The notes beneath the pieces were generated by a model. It made no database searches, was not told the DNA's origin, and worked only from the letters and a program-made list of their open reading frames with translations. A stretch of DNA of 31,876 bases from an uncultured archaeon. Lineage in GTDB: Archaea; Asgardarchaeota; Heimdallarchaeia; Heimdallarchaeales; Heimdallarchaeaceae. The stretch is taken from NCBI GenBank assembly GCA_964549075.1, contig CAZJUB010000002.1, positions 51,515-83,390 on the forward strand, given 5' to 3'. Each line of letters opens with the position of its first letter. Position 1 is the first letter of the stretch. Below, in pieces: positions 26,450 to 31,876 of this stretch. The translations under genes were made by a program, and so were the position numbers.

Positions 26450-26485
26450 AGGTCGACAGTTCAAATCTGTTATGCCCCACCATTC
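26450..26485 (+). repeat. Diverged copy of the tRNA-Ile 3' end (variable loop, T-arm, acceptor 3' strand, ACCA); attR-like
   Basis: AGGTCGACAGTTCAAATCTGTTATGCCCCACCATTC versus AAGTCGGCGGTTCAAATCCGCTATGCCCCACCATTC. Confidence 0.88.
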
Positions 26486-26560
26486 TCTTTTATTTATTTA
26501 AAATTCAAAACAATTTTTCCAATATATAATTCACTTTTAATTTTTGTAATAAAGATATAA

Positions 26561-27064
26561 GTGTCTTCACCATTAAATTCTTTGAAATTTATGATTTCCA
26601 TCCAAAATCTTTACAATATTGTAGTTGAAGATAGAATGAAGACCTTGGATTTTTTCAAGAAAATAGACAAAGGACACTTCCATAGTATATTCACTGAGAA
26701 TACATGGTCACCTGAACTGATTTTTCGACATCTTCTTACGAACATCCAATGGATATTAGATAAACTTCCAAGTAAAAGTAAAATTGATTCTGATATAGCA
26801 ATAAATCTCGAAGAAAAAGTAGCTATTCATTTTAATTTAGAGGAGATAATAAAAGAATTTGAAAGAGTCTCACCGCTCTTAGAGAAACAATTATCCTTGC
26901 TTACACCAGAACAAGAAGAAGAATATATTGAAATGTGGAAAGGAAAAATGAAAAGACGTACATATATAGTTCGTCTAATTAATCATGAGCACAGACATCT
27001 AGGACAAATTCAATGGTTACTCAAACGTTCAACTAGTTGGACTAATAATGATATTTATAGTTAA
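26561..27064 (+). CDS. DinB/YfiT-like four-helix protein (start may be ATG 26591)
   Basis: WSPELIFRHL and LINHEHRHLGQI His triad typical of the DinB superfamily. Confidence 0.8.
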   Translation: MSSPLNSLKFMISIQNLYNIVVEDRMKTLDFFKKIDKGHFHSIFTENTWSPELIFRHLLTNIQWILDKLPSKSKIDSDIAINLEEKVAIHFNLEEIIKEFERVSPLLEKQLSLLTPEQEEEYIEMWKGKMKRRTYIVRLINHEHRHLGQIQWLLKRSTSWTNNDIYS

Positions 27065-27079
27065 ACAACTAGTTATTTT

Positions 27080-27838
27080 TCACAATTGAAATTCTGCTGG
27101 ATCTGGTTCAATCAGTACTTGAAAATGTTTTGGTCTATAGATATAGGATGCATACATGGGGATTCCTCTTTTCACAGTTTTCCATTTATTCTGTGGTTCG
27201 CCTAATCTTAATTGTGGTATCTCTTCATAGTTTGTGTTAAATTCCCATCTTCCTTCCACCAATCTTAGGTAACAAGGTCCTTTTGTCTTCTCAAATGGAT
27301 CAATTATTTCTTTTGCTTCATCAGCTCTTATTCTTGCCAATATAGTTCTTTTTTCACTAGGGTTAATAATTGAAACTCCATAAGCAGGAGGTATTATGAT
27401 GACATCAAATTTCTGAACCCTTATCAAAACTGCATCCTTCACATTTTCATGTTTAATCCCAGGTTGCTGTAAAAAAAATTCAGCATAGCCATCTACAACT
27501 TGATAAATTTCCGGATAATGATAACCATTTTCTGCTAATGATCTATAGTAACTGAGTGTACTCTTACAAATATTGCCAAGATTACCATGTTGAATAGTAA
27601 TAACATCAAACCGTAAATTGTCCCATAACTCTTTGTCCTCTACTCTCCTTAATCCTTCGTATACTCTAAATACTTCTTCTTCCTCATTCATCCCTTCCCA
27701 CCTTTCCAGACTCAAACCTGATACAAAATCCTTTGCTTTATGAAAAAATATGTTCTTTACTATAACTTCATTATTATCATAAATAAGTGATAATTCATCA
27801 CTTTGAACAGATAAACCAAGACTTTCCCTTAAATCCAT
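27080..27838 (-). CDS. Cupin-type glucose-6-phosphate isomerase-like protein, degenerate metal site
   Basis: LRFDVITIQHGNLG, YPEIYQVVDG.A.F.LQ and IIIPPAYG..IINP match the cupin-PGI family; the His ligands are absent. Confidence 0.75.
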   Translation of the reverse strand: MDLRESLGLSVQSDELSLIYDNNEVIVKNIFFHKAKDFVSGLSLERWEGMNEEEEVFRVYEGLRRVEDKELWDNLRFDVITIQHGNLGNICKSTLSYYRSLAENGYHYPEIYQVVDGYAEFFLQQPGIKHENVKDAVLIRVQKFDVIIIPPAYGVSIINPSEKRTILARIRADEAKEIIDPFEKTKGPCYLRLVEGRWEFNTNYEEIPQLRLGEPQNKWKTVKRGIPMYASYIYRPKHFQVLIEPDPAEFQL

Positions 27839-27861
27839 CTATCTCTTCTCATTAGAGTTTA

Positions 27862-28116
27862 TTAGAGACTATAGAAGTAATCTTCTCCTTCTTCAGTGAT
27901 TTTCCAGCTGTCTAGTGCTCCAACCTGAAATTTTCTTAAGAATCCTTTTTCTGTTAAATCGTTTAATACTTCCAAAATCACTTCTGGTTCCGCTTTTTCT
28001 CCTCTTGGTGCATACAGGTTATTTATCTGAAATGTTGTATCTGAGATGTTTAATCCTCTATTCAATGATACAAAAATATCTAATAGATCAACTTCTACTT
28101 GTTCCTTCGTTACCAT
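27862..28116 (-). CDS. Small winged-helix-like protein (84 aa)
   Basis: Start re-called to ATG 28116 (MVTKEQ). ILEVLNDLTEKGFL...WKITEEG is a wHTH recognition-helix/wing pattern. Confidence 0.65.
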   Translation of the reverse strand: MVTKEQVEVDLLDIFVSLNRGLNISDTTFQINNLYAPRGEKAEPEVILEVLNDLTEKGFLRKFQVGALDSWKITEEGEDYFYSL

Positions 28117-28287
28117 TATAATCAACATAATATCACACGAATATTCTAAAAATTTTTCTTTGATTTTCAGTGAAATTTCAAAAAATCGTCTATGCAAAAA
28201 GATAAGAAGAATTTGCTTTTCTTTATAACATTCGAAATAGTCCGCATCTAAGAGACTACTGTAATATTCACTCGTGAGGAGAGAAAA

Positions 28288-29553
28288 ATGACACAACAAA
28301 AAGAAAAGAAGAGATCTTCATTTGAATTATATAAATTAAAACATGAGATCGAAAAACTAGAATCTAGAAGAAGTTTCAACATGTCAACTAGTTTAATTTC
28401 TTTATACATTCCTCCAGGTACAAGGCTTCCTGATATCACCTCTCAATTGAAAGATGAATATGGAACTGCTACCAATATTAAAGATAAAAATACAGGAAAA
28501 GCCATCCAATCTGCCATATCATCTATTCTTTCCAGAATGAAGAATATTACAGACCCAGGTGAAAATGGTTTAGTCATTTTTTGTGGAATTACGCAAAACA
28601 ATAAAATGGAGTATTTTGCAATCGAACCTCCAGAACCAGTTTCCATTAAATTATATCGCTGTGATTATGTTTTCCTTGTTGATCATTTAAGAGAAATTCT
28701 CGAGACTAAAAATCGTTATGGATTGGTAATTATAGCAAGAGGAGCATCTACTATTGCAACTGTTCAAGGTTCTAAAATTGATATACTCTGGGATGAAGAT
28801 TCATATGTTCCAGGAAAACACAGGATGGGTGGTCAATCAGCACAACGTTTTATGAGAGCTAGAGAAGAAGCAGCAAAACAGTGGTACTCCAAAATTGCAC
28901 GAACGATGAATGAGATCTACCTTGAAAGTACTCCTGTGGAAGCAATAATCGTAGGGGGGCCAGCATTATCTAAAACTGAATTTCTTGAAAGCAAAGAGAT
29001 AGATTACAGGATAAAAGAGAAAATAATAGGAATATATGATGTTGGTTATGAGGGAATACAAGGGATTAAAGAATTAGTTGAAAGAGCTGAGGATCAATTA
29101 AGTGATTTTGAACTAGTAAAAGAGCGAAAACTGATGCAAAGATTTATGGAACATTTAGGGAGAGATACCGGATTAGCTACCTATGGAGAGCAATTTGTCA
29201 AAAAAGCTTTAGAGAGTGGCGCAGTAGAAACTGTTCTTGTTAGTGAAGAGGTTGATCGTGTTACACTTGAGATTAAATGTGAAAACTGCGATTATACAAC
29301 AGAAGAGATAGTTAAAACAAAAGATTATAACGATTTTGTCAAAGAACTATCGGATAGAAACTGCCCAAAATGTGGTAGCCCCCGTATGTATATTGAAAAT
29401 GAAAATGACCTAATCAATGAACTAGATGATATTGCAGAAGAAACAGGAGCAACACTAGAAGTAATATCAACAGATCATGATGATGGAGCTATTCTCTATA
29501 ATACTTTTGGCGGAATAGCAGCTATTTTGCGTTATAAATTTTATGAGAGCTAG
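28288..29553 (+). CDS. prf1: Peptide chain release factor aRF1
   Basis: LISLYIPP, TATNIKD (NIKS variant), YRCDYVF, GGQSAQRF, C-domain Zn minidomain CENC/CPKC, FGGIAAILRY. Confidence 0.97.
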   Translation: MTQQKEKKRSSFELYKLKHEIEKLESRRSFNMSTSLISLYIPPGTRLPDITSQLKDEYGTATNIKDKNTGKAIQSAISSILSRMKNITDPGENGLVIFCGITQNNKMEYFAIEPPEPVSIKLYRCDYVFLVDHLREILETKNRYGLVIIARGASTIATVQGSKIDILWDEDSYVPGKHRMGGQSAQRFMRAREEAAKQWYSKIARTMNEIYLESTPVEAIIVGGPALSKTEFLESKEIDYRIKEKIIGIYDVGYEGIQGIKELVERAEDQLSDFELVKERKLMQRFMEHLGRDTGLATYGEQFVKKALESGAVETVLVSEEVDRVTLEIKCENCDYTTEEIVKTKDYNDFVKELSDRNCPKCGSPRMYIENENDLINELDDIAEETGATLEVISTDHDDGAILYNTFGGIAAILRYKFYES

Positions 29554-29572
29554 TAAAAGAAATTAAAGAAAA

Positions 29573-30262
29573 TCAATCTGAAACCAAGGTTCCCACAGAT
29601 TCTCCTTTTACTGCCTTGAATATATTTGTTGTATCTTGACCATTTGCAAATACAACTTTTAATCTTGAACGTTTTATTATTTCACATCCAACTTTATCGA
29701 ATAACGCATATTTACCTGGTTCTTCTTCTTGTTTAGAAATGATCTCTAAGAATTCTTCTGGAGTAATTTTTTCTAATGCCTTGGCATCAGAGTGAATTTT
29801 AGGATCTTTATCAAAAACTTTGTCTACATTTGTCAGATTGATTAATAGATCAGCTCCCCAATATTCTGCGACAAGAGCAGCAACTGCGCTTGTAGATTGT
29901 CCTGGTTGTAATCCCCCAGTTACAACAATCTTTCCAGAAGAAAGAGCTTTTCCTACATCTTCAAATGTTCTTGGTACAAGCAAGTATGCTTTATCATTAA
30001 GCGAAGCTATAATTAACAGCGCATGAATTCTAGTTGATTCAACAGCAAGAATATCTTTGAAAGTAGCTACATGACCAAGGATATCACTTGCTTGTATAAT
30101 TTTTCTAGCTAATTTTCCACCACCAACAACTATAGCTATTTTATATCCTTCTTCATGTAGTTGTACAATAGCAGTTACTATTTCTCTTATTCTTTCTATA
30201 TTCAGATCCATATTATCATGATATAAAACAGAACCACCGAATTTTATAACAATCTTCTTCAT
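29573..30262 (-). CDS. pyrH: Uridylate kinase
   Basis: IVIKFGGS, VVGGGKLAR, GGLQPGQST, TNVDKVFDKDP. Confidence 0.95.
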   Translation of the reverse strand: MKKIVIKFGGSVLYHDNMDLNIERIREIVTAIVQLHEEGYKIAIVVGGGKLARKIIQASDILGHVATFKDILAVESTRIHALLIIASLNDKAYLLVPRTFEDVGKALSSGKIVVTGGLQPGQSTSAVAALVAEYWGADLLINLTNVDKVFDKDPKIHSDAKALEKITPEEFLEIISKQEEEPGKYALFDKVGCEIIKRSRLKVVFANGQDTTNIFKAVKGESVGTLVSD

Positions 30263-30405
30263 CTTTATCGCTCAAACCTACTTTGTTGATGTCATAAATA
30301 ACGTTTTTTCTCACAAACAGTTTTTTCTTGTTAAAAATACATCAAAAATGAGAATCTTTTTTAAGTAATTTTCAAAGTTGCAAGCATATTAAAGAGGACT
30401 GCAAA

Positions 30406-31719
30406 ATGGATATACATGAGAAAACTCCAATTAGCAAAATATTCACTGAAAAACTAAATGAGATTACTATAGGAGGTTGGATACAACAAGTAAGAGACTT
30501 AGGCGGTTTAAAATTCCTTCAACTACAAGATAGATCTGGAATTGTTCAGATAGTATTACCAAAGAAGAAGGTAAATCCTGAAATATTTGACATTGATTAT
30601 CAAGAAGGAGATATACTGCTAGTTATGGGGAGCATTGTTACTAACGATAGTGCACCTAAGGGAATAGAAATTCTTCCTAAAGATATTGAAGTATTGTATA
30701 ATAGAGCTCTAGAATAGCCAATTGCAGTTACAGAAAAAATAGAAACCAATCCAGATAAAAGATATGATTATCGTTTCTTAGATTTAAGAAATAGGAATAT
30801 TGCCCACATATTTGAAATTGAAAGTGCAGTAGCATATGCATTGCAAGAGTATTTTAATGATAATAATTTTCTTCAATTCTTCTCATCAAAAATAGTAGGT
30901 TCTGCTACTGAAAGTGGTGCAAATGTCTTTGAAATAGGATACTTCGATAAAAAAGCATATTTGGCTCAATCTCCACAATTCTACAAACAAATGATGTTGA
31001 TGGCAGGTTTTGAGCGAGTATTTGAAATAGGTCCTGTTTTCAGAGCTGAAAAACACCACACCTCGAGACATCTCTGTGAATATACATCTATTGACTTTGA
31101 GATAGCTTATATCGAAAATCAACTTGATGTAATGAAGGTTCTTCAAGGTGCATTCGGATATGCTTTGAATAAGGTGAAGAAGAATAATTCAACAATTCTG
31201 GAAGAGCTCGATGTGATAATTGATAATCAGCCTAAAGACTGGCCAATAATTTCTATTCCTAAATGTAATGAAATTCTTATTAGTGAAGGAAAAGAATTAG
31301 GACTTTACGAAGATCTGGATGCTGAAGCAGAGAAGATTATAGGGCAATATGCAAAAGAGAAATTGAACTCAGATTTTGTATTTGTTGATAAATATCCTTG
31401 GGCTGTAAGACCATTCTATACGATGAGAGATGATGAAGATCCAAATCTAACTAAATCCTTCGACCTTTTGTATAAAGGGCAAGAACTAACTACAGGAGGA
31501 CAAAGAGAACATAGAGTTGACATCTTAAGCAAACAAGCTGTTGAAAAAGACTTCAAACTAAAAGAAGTAGATAGTTATCTTCAATTCTTCAGAAATGGGG
31601 CTCCACCTCATGGAGGAAGTGGCACAGGAATAGAGCGATTTGTGCAAAAGATATTAAACCTTCAGAACATTAGAGAAGCACGACTTCTTCCAAGAGATCC
31701 AACAAGATTACATCCATAA
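30406..31719 (+). CDS. aspS: Aspartate--tRNA(Asp/Asn) ligase, non-discriminating type; one frame interrupted by TAG at 30715-30717
   Basis: The two track ORFs (30406-30717, 30841-31719) share a frame; the gap translates [41 protein letters not shown]. Motifs [25 protein letters not shown]. 437 codons before the final stop. Confidence 0.9.
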
Positions 31720-31803
31720 TTATTGAAAAGACAAATCAATCAACATGAAAAATCTTAAAAAACAAATGTGCTTCATAATAGTAATCAGTGAATTTAATCA
31801 AAT

Positions 31804-31876
31804 GCGGGGATAGCCAAGTGGCCAACGGCGGTGGACTTAAGATCTTGGTTTATACCTAAGATAAGGGTTAGAAAAT
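31804..31876 (+). tRNA. tRNA-Leu(TAA), 5' part with probable 37/38 intron (about 31842-31874); truncated by window end
   Basis: GCGGGGA-TA-GCC-AAGTGGCCAAC-GGC-G-GTGGA-CT-TAA-G, followed by non-tRNA hairpin sequence instead of ATCCAC. Confidence 0.85.

Larger units (their letters stand above)
25214..26485. mobile_element. Integrase-free mini-island/cassette at tRNA-Ile, bounded by att-like direct repeats
   Basis: 36-nt repeats 25214-25249 and 26450-26485 (31/36 identical) flank a single orphan gene. Confidence 0.65.

Noticed and set aside
26450-26485. 3' half of a trans-spliced split tRNA
   Set aside because: No GC-rich complementary leader or BHB-forming flank, no anticodon-stem 3' strand, and a complete tRNA-Ile gene lies 1.2 kb upstream.
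28117-28299. N-terminal 61-aa extension of the wHTH ORF in the track
   Set aside because: Runs through the divergent promoter region into aRF1 with non-coding-like composition; ATG 28116 is more plausible.
30841-31719. Stand-alone AspRS/AsnRS catalytic-domain paralogue (asparagine-synthetase-like)
   Set aside because: The upstream in-frame sequence encodes the conserved hinge and anticodon domain, and the TTG start has no SD and would cut into motif 1.
1-31876. Genome-wide TAG reassignment (Pyl or other) or TGA-Sec recoding
   Set aside because: uL14, uS5, eS4, uL5, eL34, cbf5, valS and aRF1 end at TAG at expected lengths, and no gene is interrupted by TGA.
1-31876. CRISPR array, rRNA, IS/transposase or integrase
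   Set aside because: No regularly spaced repeats, rRNA-like tracts or recombinase motifs were seen.

Overview
AT-rich archaeal chromosome segment; an Asgard/Heimdallarchaeia-like origin is a tentative impression, not demonstrable here. It is dominated by the S10-spc-alpha ribosomal superoperon, broken into four alternately oriented blocks: [tRNA-Ser, uS13, uS4](-), [secY ... DUF106, eL34, cmk, eL14, cbf5](+), [uS17 ... uL15](-) and [uL22, uS3, uL29, Rpp29](+). It also carries valS, hef, aRF1, pyrH, aspS and three intron-containing tRNAs (Ser-GGA with a T-loop intron, Ile-GAT, and Leu-TAA truncated at the window end). uS4 and uS14 are missing from the supplied ORF track but are present. Main items for follow-up: (1) an integrase-free ~1.2 kb cassette with a predicted HEPN-motif (RNNMYH) gene, between tRNA-Ile and a copy of its 3' end whose T-stem changes are all compensatory; (2) an in-frame TAG in an otherwise full-length non-discriminating AspRS, at the anticodon-domain/hinge boundary, two genes from an aRF1 with NIKD for NIKS; (3) structured 5' leaders before uS13, uS17 and eL32, two of them behind an identical 24-nt promoter-like sequence, suggesting an undescribed archaeal r-protein regulatory system; (4) long charged tails on several r-proteins; (5) a cupin PGI-like protein lacking its His metal ligands. 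All product calls come from motif recognition by eye; no database searches were run.
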